The translations under genes and the position numbers were made by a program. From contig JAUCBJ010000668.1 in assembly GCA_032718475.1 (NCBI GenBank), positions 1 through 64,000 of the forward strand: a stretch of 64,000 nt of DNA. The letters run 5' to 3'. Source of the stretch: Nemertoderma westbladi (taxonomy: Eukaryota > Animalia > Xenacoelomorpha). Positions within the stretch are counted from its first letter, which is position 1. Every line of letters begins with the position of its first letter. This document shows, in pieces, positions 14,113 through 25,929 of the stretch. The notes below the pieces were generated by a model. It was given only the letters and a program-made list of their open reading frames with translations, made no database searches and had not been told where the DNA came from.

Positions 14113-15019
14113 AATGTCAAACGTACCAGCGTTCTGCTGATATCCTGCTATGGTTATGGCATATGAGACGGAAGGCTGCAAAGTAAACGATCACTCATAT
14201 ACAATCAACTCCTGTAACATGTCTTGTGTATTTTCCATTGCTCGTTATTGTGTAATAGTAATAATATTGCATGGTATGTGCTAGATTGCTATGTTACAGT
14301 TTAATTTATTATCTGGGGCCGCCGGTAATGCATCCTATTAATGTTGGCTGATTTACTACTGAACGACGTAGGGTTGTGTTGTTGAGGAGGGATACTCCGC
14401 AAGTCACTTTATATATTTTCCTTGATCTAGTGTATGTGACGTTCATAATGTGTTTTCCGCGTGGGAATTTGCGGTCTGTTGTTAATCTCTTATCCTCATC
14501 CAATGATAATAACCACTAAGAGAGTTGTTTGCCATCGATTATCATTGTTTTGTCTTCACGATAAACCCTCAGGTTGATTAAAATTAAATACTATGCTGAA
14601 GGATTAAGAATTGTAAGCAGAATGCACAGAAACCATTATGAGTACTAATAATAAGTATTGACGTTTCGCATCTGTTATTTCTCTGTGCCGTTTATTAGCT
14701 ACAATGAGGGTGGAGTATATTTGCAAATGGCTCTTTAGAATAATTAATTATTCTCTATAGACTAGAGATTGGGTGTTGGTCAGGTATTTCCATCCTAGGA
14801 TGGCCCTGTTCAGCACGTCGAGTCACTATCACATCCTTTTCTCTGCGAATTACTTAAAAATTAAAATGTATAATCTTATTTTGGTTTCACCGCACGCAGA
14901 TTTTTCTATTTTTATTTTATTTAGATCAGATTATATTGGGACTAGCTAATCTGAGAAGGGTTTGGGAAGATATCGTAGTTCTTGAGTTATTGGTGTCTGT
15001 TCTTTGGTTTGTCGGTCAA

Positions 15020-15493
15020 CTACTACTACTAGGATCGACATGCTGCATTGCAGCTGCATTTTTAAGAATGATGTGCCGGCTTATAGACAAAATTGCACCG
15101 CCACAACTCCCTATCACCCATGACATTTGCTAGATCATCCGCATCTTCAAGGCCAGTGTCCTTTAAGATGCGTCTCAAGAAAGTCATTGGCTGTCCACCA
15201 TGCTTATTCACTCCATGAGGCTGCCAAAGTACAAGATTATGCACTGGCTGGTCCTCACGGCGAAAGCAATGTCCTGCAAAGCGGAGGCGACTTTGTTCTA
15301 GTGTCAAGCTTGGGGGAACCAATGAGACACCTCCAATGTTATATAGTGTCTGGTTGGAGATGTGTGCATTGTACTTGACACAATGAACCCGGCGTAGCAT
15401 TCTTGTGAAAGTGCCATCCAGAGATTTGGTGTCCTCAGCAGTTAGAGCCCAACATGGACTCCCATAGAGGAGTACTGGAACTACTGCTGCTGC
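15020..15493 (-). mobile_element. 5'-truncated RTE-clade LINE, same family as 36267-38730
   Basis: Near-identical to 38256-38730; (TAG)n tail; 11-bp TSD TTGTCGGTCAA at 15009-15019 and 15494-15504. Confidence 0.92.
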
Positions 15494-16062
15494 TTGTCGG
15501 TCAATCTCGGTCTGTCAAAACATTACAAATCAGACTATCTATCTCAAGTCATCGATTTGGTGGTTTTCCTGGTGTTTTCCCTCAGTTTTCACTTTTCGTG
15601 GCATCTTGTCTCTCGGTGTTAGTGTTAGTCTCCCTCCACAGCATTATCAAACGGAATATGCTTAGCAAACATTTCGGGCAAACAAGTTAGACTAATTGTG
15701 CTTTATATCCCGGGGACAGCAAAATATTTGTAACATAAATTCATATGAATTGCCTTTTTCCCCAAAAATTGTACTGCGATAAGAGTATAGCAGTTACCAG
15801 GCACCTACCACTTAGTTAACTAGTACTTACAGGAGTTCTTGGACTTTGATTAGGCCGTTTGTTTTGGTCTTACTGATTTGTGTTTGCATTATTCATAGCA
15901 AGCAGCACGTTCGTTGGGCCTTCGCATATGACGAAAATTCTCTCCATGGGGCCGCCAAAGCACAAGATCACGCAATGGATACCCTCACGCTTGGGGGTCT
16001 AATGGGACGGTGAGCATTGCATTTGACTCTGTGAACCCTACGTATCATTCTTGTGAGATTTG

Positions 16063-16210
16063 GTCTCCTCAGCAGTTCAGACGGGGGAAAACTGGACGCA
16101 AATCCCATCAAGGCAAATTTATATCCCACCTCAATGTTAAATTCTCAATTTAGAGAAAGGAACATGTTACAGTGGCACGTTATTTTAACCAAAACAATAA
16201 ACTAAATAAT
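16063..16210 (+). mobile_element. MITE family A partial copy
   Basis: GGGGGAAAACTGGACGCAAA...GTTACAGTGGCACGTTATTTTAACCAAAACAATAAAC. Confidence 0.75.
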
Positions 16211-16545
16211 TAAATGGACTACATTTCTTTCATTGCATTGTTCATAAACAGAAGGATTAGCCAGTTTTTGCACAATTTTTATACTATGTCTATTTTTACC
16301 ATAATATTTTTTTTATTTTTATTTTTTTTCTCATTATTAATTATGTGCATTTTGTGCCTTATTTGCGTAATTTTTACAACTATTAGGCCCTACTTAATTA
16401 TTTGGGATACTGTAGCTTTAGGTTTATATACTTAATTTGGTGTGCTCTACGAGTTCTACCGTTTGATTTTTAAATCACTAAATTATATATTTACAAGAAT
16501 AATAGGAGTACTAGTTCTACTGCCGCTCTAAATATCGAACCTTAA

Positions 16546-17419
16546 GGGGGGGGGGGGGGGGGGGGGTAGCATCCCAAATTGAACCTCACAATTTTGTGTC
16601 TCTGGACCATAAAATTGGGTGAAAATTGTTTTTTGTGTTACTAAACATCGTCTGGACTGTGTGAGAATCACCAAACCAAATATTTTTAAAATTGGCCCCA
16701 AAATGGCTCCGTACTGGCCGAAAGTGCCTTTTTGCGCCAAGGGCTATTTCTCCACCAATATTTGTTGAAATTTGTCGAAATTTGGAATATAGGTTCAGAA
16801 GAACCCTGCATCCAATTCTTCTGAACAAATTTTACCTCAAATGCTCTGGAGCCTTTTTAGAACAAAAAGGCCCCAAAAAGGGCCTTTTTTTGGCCTTTTT
16901 GATATAAAAAGGCTGCAGGGCATTTCCAACCAAATTTATTCAGAAGAAGTATGGAGCAAGGTATTCTTAACAAGTGTACCAAATTTCAACTCATTTCAGT
17001 TAAAATTGGCAGAGAAATAGCGTTTTTCATGAAAAAACGTCATTCTGAGATATGGGTGTTTAAAGTTTAAGGAACAATTCAAACCTTCCCACTATTTTAA
17101 ATAATAAAATTTTTCTATGTTCAACAATAACTTTGTCAAAAATGGATGAAATTCAACGAAATTTTTCATGCTTGCTAAACATATAACCAGTAACATAACT
17201 TTCTAGCAATTTTATTCATATCTTTACCGTGAGAGCCTTTTTTATAAAAAGGGTCGCGTACAATTGTAAAATATAGTGCTGCTCGAAGGCTTTTCAAAAA
17301 TCAGACTAGTTCTTACGTTTTGGGTAATAACTGCTTGCAGATTTGAAATCTCCATTAAATTCGGAACATGATAGAATAAAAAAACGTTTTTGTCAATTTC
17401 CAAAATGGTGCTACCCCCC
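16546..17419 (+). mobile_element. Non-autonomous Kolobok-like DNA transposon
   Basis: TTAA on both sides; TIRs GGGGGGTAGCA / TGCTACCCCCC; RR..YY termini with a TTAA TSD fit Kolobok rather than piggyBac. Confidence 0.75.
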
Positions 17420-18177
17420 TTAAGATTTGTTTTATTCTACCTTGTTTAACTAAATAAAGGTTGATGTTCCTAGCACCATACAATTGATTAATTTTATTTT
17501 CTTACGATAATTCAATTCGCGTTGCACAATCTTGTATTGACTAATTTCAGCGATGAATAACGTTTATGTCTCCATAACATCTGGTTCATGTTGTTTAATC
17601 GTGGTGGCGTATATTTAATTCCGCCCAGTCTTTACAACAACTGGTGCCTCCTGGGCCAATACGTCTCAGCTAGACCAAACGTCCACTTTTATTGTAGAAT
17701 TTAGTATAATTTTATTTAAGGTATAATAAGTATTAAGATACAGTTTTTCTATATAAACAAACTGTTTATGGGCCTGTTTGTGGCAATGCAACCATAATAT
17801 GGTAACATATACAATATAACAATATAATAACATATTATGTTGATGTTACTATTATTGGGTTATGCATGCTTCTTACACTGCTTATCAATTGTAACAAAAT
17901 AAGTGTCCGTTTCTCGAGTTCCGGTCTTTGAGTTACAAATACATGATGTGCCGTCGATGACGTACTAATAGCACAACACTTTACCATTACCTCTAATATA
18001 GTGTCTTGATGTTCAATGACATGGTCGCCCCACCAACTCCCTACTTTTTCTAGAAATTTTAATTAAACGTCGACAACAAACTGTCCATAAATAATACCGC
18101 TACGCAAAAGGGGCTCACTTGGACTTCCTGGCTCGCCCCACATTTTTTTTGACCTCCCAACTGTTTACTTGTATATG

Positions 18178-19229
18178 GTCAACACTTCGAAATAGTCAAC
18201 ACTTTGAAATAGTCAACACTTCGAAAAACCACATCAACACTTCGAAATAATGATTTGAAGAGCGCCTTTTTATTGTAAATTTTTACCCCATGTCAAAACT
18301 TCGAAAGGCCATGTCAACATTGTTGGCTTAACTAAATGCAGAAATGGGCTTAAATAAATGAGATACATAACGGTACAACAATATATTAGCACATTTTCTG
18401 GTTCCATGCTTTTCTATTTATTGTTATTATAATTATTGTTTTAATATTATTGTAATTATAATTTTTGAGTATGCATGTGTGATGCCCTGAAAGTTTCGTT
18501 TTAATACCTATTTCTATACGTTTATTTGCTTTTACTTAGCCTATACAATTATTCTTAATTTCCATATTTCTCTGACTCTCTCTGACTCTCTTTATTAATA
18601 AAATAACAAAAAGTATAAAAAGAAACAGCAATGGTGTTTGCTGTTTCTTTTTATACTTTTTGTTATTTTATTTATTTTATTAATTTATTTATTATTTTTT
18701 ATTTTATTTGTTATGTTGTAAAATTAATATCATATAACGAGGGAGAAGACCGTCCAGGCATATGGGCACTCATGGAGGCCGCGGTAAATAACATACAGTA
18801 TGACAGTAATTACCAAAAACGAAACTGTCGACACATTTAATTAATGTAAATCAATACTTTTAATAAAAATTACAACGAAAAAAAGCAAAATAGTATATTA
18901 ATGTAATATTATAATATAAGATAAATCAATGTACTGTAATCATCAAATCGATTAAACTTGCAAAACCTTACTTAGTTAGTAGGTCAACGTTTTTCAACTT
19001 TGTACAAAATATTTTTAAGGTAGCCTAGCATAGCGGCTCATGAAACATATTACCTTGTTTTAATTTTATCCTAAATACAATATAATTAATTAAATGGGAA
19101 CAAAAATATATACAAAACTTCGTTATTATTATTATTATTATTATTAGTCTATTATTTCATTATTATTTCGAAGTGTTGACATGGGCTCAAAATTCCTTTC
19201 GAAGTGTTGACTAGTTCGAAGTGTGACCG
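18178..19229. mobile_element. Non-autonomous TIR element with subterminal GTCAACACTTCGAA repeats
   Basis: ~5 copies at left, 3 inverted copies (TTCGAAGTGTTGAC) at right, AT-rich interior. Confidence 0.75.
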
Positions 19230-19781
19230 GAATCTTTACTGGTATCTATACATATTTACTGGTTGAGTCAGCTCTCTTCTCATTATTTTGCGCTTGCGTC
19301 TTTTATTTTAATTATCGATGTTGACAGTAGCCATACTATACCGCAGTTATACATCATTATTTGTTGTTCGTACAAATTAAAAAGTGGACTTACAAGAGTG
19401 ATTCCAAGTCTGTGAAAACATACTCTAGTCTACGCAGGGTTGCAGTCCACTCACATACCATCGACTGCACACAGTCCCGGCGGCTATATAGTATGGCGAG
19501 AACCTTACAGGTGTGTCTTGTCCAGCCGCACACAATGACGCCAAACATTGAGTGCCACTCCTCCTCCAATATGATTGGCTGCGTAGCGCCCCCAGTCTTG
19601 CAAACAATATTCCAACTATTATATTGATATTGTGTTGCTGCTGGCTAGTAGTCCACTTACGGAAGCTTATAGAAGGCTATTACATTTCCAACGCACATGA
19701 TTGGTTGTTTAATTCCGAGGTTGTGCTTTAACTTTAAATGATTTTGTATTATCTTTAACTTTTATTTTACTCTATTATTAA

Positions 19782-20538
19782 GGAGTTGATGTAGGCAGCT
19801 ATATTTTTTTTATGGTGAAATATATTTTTGAATTATCAGAGATTCTTTAATTCGATTTCTGATATGCAGTGAAACATTTTTACGTCTACTTTACATTTTG
19901 GAGAAGCCAGGATAATCAATTAGATTTGTTTTGCAAACTCATTCGAAGGAATTTGTATAAGTTGGGGAAACAAATTAGGAATTTTCTAACAAAATTGAAA
20001 ATATAATTTTCATGAAAAGGGCTATTTCTCGGTTAGATGGTTAGATTCAGCCCTTCTGTAACCTGTGTGTTTGATGAAAACCTGGTATTTTAACTGAAAT
20101 AAGTTGAAATTGGTACACTTGTTCAGAATACCTTTGTCCATAATTCTTCTGAACAAATTTTGCCTCAAATGCTCTGGGGCATTTTTAGATCAAAAATACC
20201 CAAAAACATATTGGTATTTTTTGTTCTATAAAGGCTCCAGAGTATTTTAGGCAAATTTTCATCAGAAGAATTGGCAGGGGTCTTCTGAACATATTTTCAA
20301 AATTTCGACAAATTTTAACAAATATTGGTGGAGAAATATAGCCTTTGGCGCAAAAAGACACTTTTGGGCATTGCAGTGCCATTTTGGGGCCAATTTTAAA
20401 AATATTTGGTTTGGATTTTCTTCAACAGCCCAGACGATTTTTAGTAGCACAACAAGTAATTGTTATCAAATTTGAGGGTACAGAGATACCAAAATGTGAG
20501 GTTCCATTTGGGGGTGCCCCCCCCCCCCCCCCCCCTCC
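19782..20538 (-). mobile_element. Second Kolobok-like element, related to 16546-17419, opposite orientation
   Basis: TTAA|GGAG ... CTCC|TTAA; 20090-20520 is homologous to the reverse complement of 16560-17000. Confidence 0.7.
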
Positions 20539-20867
20539 TTAAACCTTTGCCGACAGATCTTCCGACGTTTGTAACAGCGGTGGGGTACCCCGACTCCGAA
20601 TGCTACGTTCGCTTACTTAGTCGCTCATCCCAGGAGTTAGCCAGTTTGATTTATTTCCCTGGGTTTCGCAAACTTGTTCGAAAGAGTTTGCAAAAGTCTG
20701 ATGAAAAAATAATAGTGGACTTTCAGGGGCCATCACCTTTTATAAAGGGGAATTATTATATTTTATTAATTATCGTGATTTGTAGTTTATTGATTAGTTA
20801 ATTATAGTAATAGAATTTGTGCTGAATTCGTATTAGTTTATTTTTACACATTCCACGTAGTCTCAGT

Positions 20868-22496
20868 ATGATGGCGTTGGATCAACAAACTGAATCGCTT
20901 GTAACGTCCGGCTTACAGGAGAAACCGCCACCTTTGTGGCGCCCGATTCAAACATCGAGCGCGCCACCCACGCAGCCTCGCCCCGAGACCCGCAGAGGCT
21001 GTCCGTGCGGTCGGAACTGTCATCTAAGGAAGTTATCGGGTTTACCGGATATCCCACGAACGTTGCCACACCAAACGATCCCGGAAGCCAACCGATCGCA
21101 GATGGTCGTCATGTCTTCGAATAATCCATTCCGCGGTGTCTTAGCAACGGGCGAGGGTGAGGGGAGCACGGGCAGACAGCCTGTGGTCAGTACATGGGTG
21201 GACCATCTACAACTCCCAAATCACCCACACTCACACCCACTCACCCCACACCCTGTCCCACTGAACCAGGTCCCAACTTCCCTCTTTCCATCTCACCCAC
21301 TCCCAACTCACCCACGCCCGCTCCCATCACACCCACTCCCAACTCACCCACACCCACACCCACTCACCCCACACCCACTCCCAACTCACCCACACCCATT
21401 CACCCCATACCCACTGACATCTCATAAGCTCTCGCCCACTAACTATACCGACGTTCCACTCTCCCTTCTCTACAAGTTACCCGAATTGGGTTCTGGTTTG
21501 GTTCCCAATGGTGTCGTTAAGGCTAACCCTTTGAACGGGATTCCGTCGCACAACACGACGCAACTACGCCATACCATGCGCCCCCTAGGGGCCGCCGCTG
21601 GAAGCGGTTATCCCCCCTTGTCGGCCCCCTTCGAAATGGCCCCTAGACCAGGGTTCCCGTGTCTCAATCAGAACTACCCAGAGATCAACAACCTATCTCA
21701 AATACCGTTTCCTACTCGCCCCAATCTGTTAATTCCACCCACCATTCACTCCCATCCCTGCCATCCGACACTGCCTATCCATCCTGAATTCCCGATCCAT
21801 CCCGACTTTCCAACACATCCTGGCTTCACATGCCACCCAGAAAGACCCATCCACCTAGACCGACCCATCCATCCCGACCCGCCTGCCCAAGCAATCTGTT
21901 ACTGCGGGCATTGTAGACACCCACCGACTGAACCCCAATTACATTTCCCTGGCAATTTCGGTAGCGGCCATCCCTCAACCTACCAACTACCTTCTCAGCC
22001 AACAGATCATCTCTCTTCGCTTAATTCTGGTCAATATTTTCACACCACCTGGCGTCCGGAGAAGGAACTCACTGAACCTCAACGAGTACGGAAATATAAC
22101 GCTAAACAAAAGATAATAAAAAGGACCCAATTAAATGAAAATCCTTGTATGGAAGATTCATACGTTACTAAACAGCGAATGATGGATAGGTTTCCACGAA
22201 GACGGCTTGTCTACAACCCTTACCCTCCACCCTCGGGGCCGCCTGTTCCCCGTTACGCGGCCGAACCTGTGCTCCCAGCGAACCCGCCCGGTTTCGGCCA
22301 TCCGGCCCGTTTCTGGTCGCCGTGCTGCCGCGAGCACGCCGCGGCGCAGTCCCAGTGTCTCCATCCTCCCGCATTCCCCGCATGCAGCGCGAGGCACCCT
22401 ACACTAAATGCCGTTGCCAATTCAACCCTTAACGACGTCGCTGTCGCCAAAGTGGCGTTACCAGGGCTACCAGATAACCCACTGCAAATTGATTGA
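20868..22496 (+). CDS. Intact 542-aa Pro/His-rich ORF in the 23-kb ZSWIM8 intron; nested gene or alternative terminal exon
   Basis: 1.6-kb open frame, GC-rich against AT-rich flanks, preceded by acceptor-like ttttacacattccacgtag|tctcag|t; no domain recognised. Confidence 0.65.
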   Translation: MMALDQQTESLVTSGLQEKPPPLWRPIQTSSAPPTQPRPETRRGCPCGRNCHLRKLSGLPDIPRTLPHQTIPEANRSQMVVMSSNNPFRGVLATGEGEGSTGRQPVVSTWVDHLQLPNHPHSHPLTPHPVPLNQVPTSLFPSHPLPTHPRPLPSHPLPTHPHPHPLTPHPLPTHPHPFTPYPLTSHKLSPTNYTDVPLSLLYKLPELGSGLVPNGVVKANPLNGIPSHNTTQLRHTMRPLGAAAGSGYPPLSAPFEMAPRPGFPCLNQNYPEINNLSQIPFPTRPNLLIPPTIHSHPCHPTLPIHPEFPIHPDFPTHPGFTCHPERPIHLDRPIHPDPPAQAICYCGHCRHPPTEPQLHFPGNFGSGHPSTYQLPSQPTDHLSSLNSGQYFHTTWRPEKELTEPQRVRKYNAKQKIIKRTQLNENPCMEDSYVTKQRMMDRFPRRRLVYNPYPPPSGPPVPRYAAEPVLPANPPGFGHPARFWSPCCREHAAAQSQCLHPPAFPACSARHPTLNAVANSTLNDVAVAKVALPGLPDNPLQID

Positions 22497-22837
22497 CCCA
22501 AGAAATTCAGGAATTTTTTTTAAATCGGCAGTGTTGAAATACATGAGAATATATTAGAATTTGAAAATTCATTGTTGAAAATTGTATTTTGTATTTTATT
22601 GTATTTACTGAACTCTGCCTAGGTTTCTTTTGGTTTATGTTATTTAACTTGTTTTGTGGTCTTACATATGGTACATTAGAGATAAAGATCATTAGTTTTC
22701 TTTTTTTTTGAACTGCCATTAGAATAATGAATTATTGTACTCTTCTAGTGTGCACTCCTTGGTTTCTAGGTTGGACACTTAGTTTTTGGTCGTATTTTTT
22801 CATTTAAGTTAGGTTATATACATTATATTATGTTATA

Positions 22838-24411
22838 TAATAATATCTTATAAAGTCAAAAGATGACAACTTATATGATATATCACTAAAAAATTTTAAT
22901 TATATTATTAGCTTTCGATAGCTCTCTCTATCTTTTTCAAATAAACGATATTCTAGAATTATTGCAATAATAACCCTAGCAACTAATGAGATTGTTAAAT
23001 CTGTGAATCTTTAATCAATATGAATTCTATCAGACCATTACTTTAAGGATTAAAACATGAAGTCCAAAGTTATTGATCACCGCCTCGTTGAGAACGTTCA
23101 AACTCATCGGGTGGGTTTCCAACCGGCACTGCCATTCTCCCTCTTTAATTCTAAGTTTTTGTCGGTTCAGTTTGTTGTTCGCTGGGTGTAATTCTGAAGT
23201 GTGCGTTGTAAGAATGACCCGAGTTACTGTAGAATGGCAGTCGATGGTTTGTCATTGATTATCTTTGTCTTGTAGTTGGCTATCCTAGGCTTTAAGTCCT
23301 CTGTTGAACCGATACCAAATAAGTTACATTTAATGCAAGTCACCAAGTAAATAACATTTTTAGTATTGCAAGATAAATCATTCTTTACATATACGCTGTG
23401 GTTTTTGTTAGTTGTTGAGTGAGCTGACACATTTTAAAGGTAACCTTGGGGTTAGGTAATAGAGGGTCATTATTGTGTACATAGAAAAGTTGTTGCTTGT
23501 TATTCTTTCTAGGCTTATCTTTTTTAACTTGAAGTGCTTGAAACTGCGTTCTGACTGCTGCAAAAGCAAATTGGTAGCAATCTTCTCATCCCAGCCTCTC
23601 GCGACAAATGCAGAACCATACTCTATGAGACTAGAAAACAGATCTGAATCTAAACTACAATTCCTGCGTAAGCGTAAAGTTACGCCCGCCATAAGGGATG
23701 TTTTGAATCTGTGAACGAGGATGTGCACTTGAAGGACACAAATACTGATAATTAAAGGTTTAAATAAACAAATACTGATGTACGTCCATAGGCTTGTGAT
23801 AATTTTTAGTTGGGATGTATCCACTGTCATCAATAAAAATAGTTAAATCCAGAAAATGTACTTCTTTACCAAATTGTTCTAACTTAAAGACTATCTTTCC
23901 AGGAAGTACTGTCTCATTTAAATGTGTGACTAAATTTGAAACAACATCTTCCGAAAAATTAATTCCAAAGGAAATAATGTCGTCTCGGTATCTTTTGTAT
24001 TCTTGTGGACTGTTATTGAAGGAAGACACTGCCGTGTCAATAAATTTGGCTCCCCAGATATCAGTGTCGGTACAAGAATAAGAGGGTCCCATAGCTGAAC
24101 CCCCAGACTGGGTGAAGTGTTTGCCATTGAAAGCGCAATTATTGCTTTCAAGGTAAATTTTAAGAGCATCCAATAAGTATTAATTAGGTGGGTCACCTTC
24201 TAGAACAATTGTTCTGTATTGTTCCAGAGTTTCCTCAACTTCCTCTAAACCCATGTAGTTATCAACTGAAGGGAAGAAATTTGATACATCAAGGCACAAG
24301 AAGCTATAGTTTGGCGGAAGGGGAGCTAGGCGTTCGAAAGCTAATAATGTAATTTAAATTTTTAGTGATAGATCATATAAGTTGTCATCTTTTGACTTTA
24401 AGATATTATTA
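22838..24411 (-). mobile_element. Degenerate 5'-truncated Penelope-like element (RT + GIY-YIG) with inverted terminal repeat
   Basis: Minus strand: LCLDVSNFFPSVDN, QSGGSAMGPSYS, YKRYRDDI, VHFLDLTI (RT); NVIYLVTCIKC..GIGST..R and LRIKEGEWQCRLET..LN (GIY-YIG); 22838-22918 is inverted at 24334-24411. Confidence 0.9.
22905..22944 (-). ncRNA. Minimal type I hammerhead-like motif in the PLE terminal repeat
   Basis: Minus strand UUAU-UUGAAAAA-GAUAG agagag CUAUC-GAAA-GCUA-AUAA; variant core, palindromic AGCU stem III. Confidence 0.6.
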
Positions 24412-25929
24412 GATACTACAACAACTTGATCTCACACCCTTCAGTCATATTCCCTAACATTCTTCCTAATATAAATTTATAATATATTATGTTATATATA
24501 TATATCATATATATTATATTGATGTTTACTTAATCCTTTCTAATGTGCTACAATTTTATGATCTATTTTTTTTACTTTAGGTTTGTGTACGTGTTGGGTA
24601 TAGTGAATGCCTTACAATTAATTTATAAACCATAAATATAGCACTAAAGCATAGATTTTATTTGTAAAATATGTATCAATTTTTGTTCGATTTTAATCTA
24701 TAGGTACATTTTTTTTATGAATATTCCAACTTGCACCTTTTATCTTGAAAGCACCAGATCTCTTTATCGTGGGACTGTAGTTCAAGTCAGTTAAGTAAAT
24801 GGCAGTGGCGCATTATTTAACATAAATATAACTTTATAATACAACATTATTATGATATTTCGAAAATTGGATGTAAAAAATATATATACTTCCTTCCATT
24901 AATTTTAACATTACCTTACGTAGTTAGTATTGACAGCGAATTGTTTTAGAAGATTTATAATTCTAGACAAGATAACACATTACACTATTACAGCTGTATA
25001 TTCATTAGCGAAGAGTAATGAAGACTTTACATGAGTTGATACATAACTTTATAATGAAACTGAATATGAAAGATACCTAAAATTTAACAAAATTTATTTT
25101 CTAGTACACTTTCTTAATAACGTTTCAGTTATATGTGGCATCGTAATGCGAAAATATTGGAATAAAACTTTACATTCTTGTTGTAAAGTACTTTTATAAT
25201 TCATTTTTGGACTAACTCAACACTACGTTTATTCTTGTAACAAACTAATAGAATTAGTATACTGTAAAGTTCCACATTTAGTATATGTAAAAATTTAATT
25301 GTTAGACTTAAATGCTGTATTTAGGATATTCGTATTTTTAGTTCGTTAAACTTATTCCATGGGGTGGTATTTGTTTAGCTAGGTAACAGAAACTGTGCCA
25401 GTTTATTGGTGCCGGGTTAACTATTATCATTTGGTTTTAATTGAACTGTATCTGCGTAATTTGTATAATTATATTTGTTTTATCTGATAGTCTAACAATG
25501 TGTTGGAGATCCGCGGTCCTCCACCAAAGTCACATTGATATGAAATTAGATATTCTATTGTCATTTTCGTCTATTCTCTGGTTTCTCGCCCCCCTGATTG
25601 GTTCCCAGGGGGTCTAATGCCCACCCCCCCCCCCCCCTCCCTACCCCTTAAGCATCAAGTAATAAACACACCATCAAGAATTGGCATATTTCAGTATGTT
25701 CCTGGTAGCTTCTCATCTATTTAGCAGAGTAGACTCTTCTTTTGGGGCAGTTTCCTAGGTTGCGGATATGGATAGCATTTCGTAAAGCAAAGTAAATAAA
25801 AAATAAGCGCAACCAATTTAACTGTATTTTAACTGCGAAATATATTTTTCCTGGTTATTCCAATCCCACATACTTCTGCCACTGTGGCCTTTGTAAATCT
25901 GCACGTTGTTGCAGTGGTTGAGGAGAGGC

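Noticed and set aside
23080-24330. Selenoprotein-type (Naiad-like) readthrough in the PLE
   Set aside because: The breaks I examined are frameshifts or TAA, not in-frame TGA; no SECIS recognised
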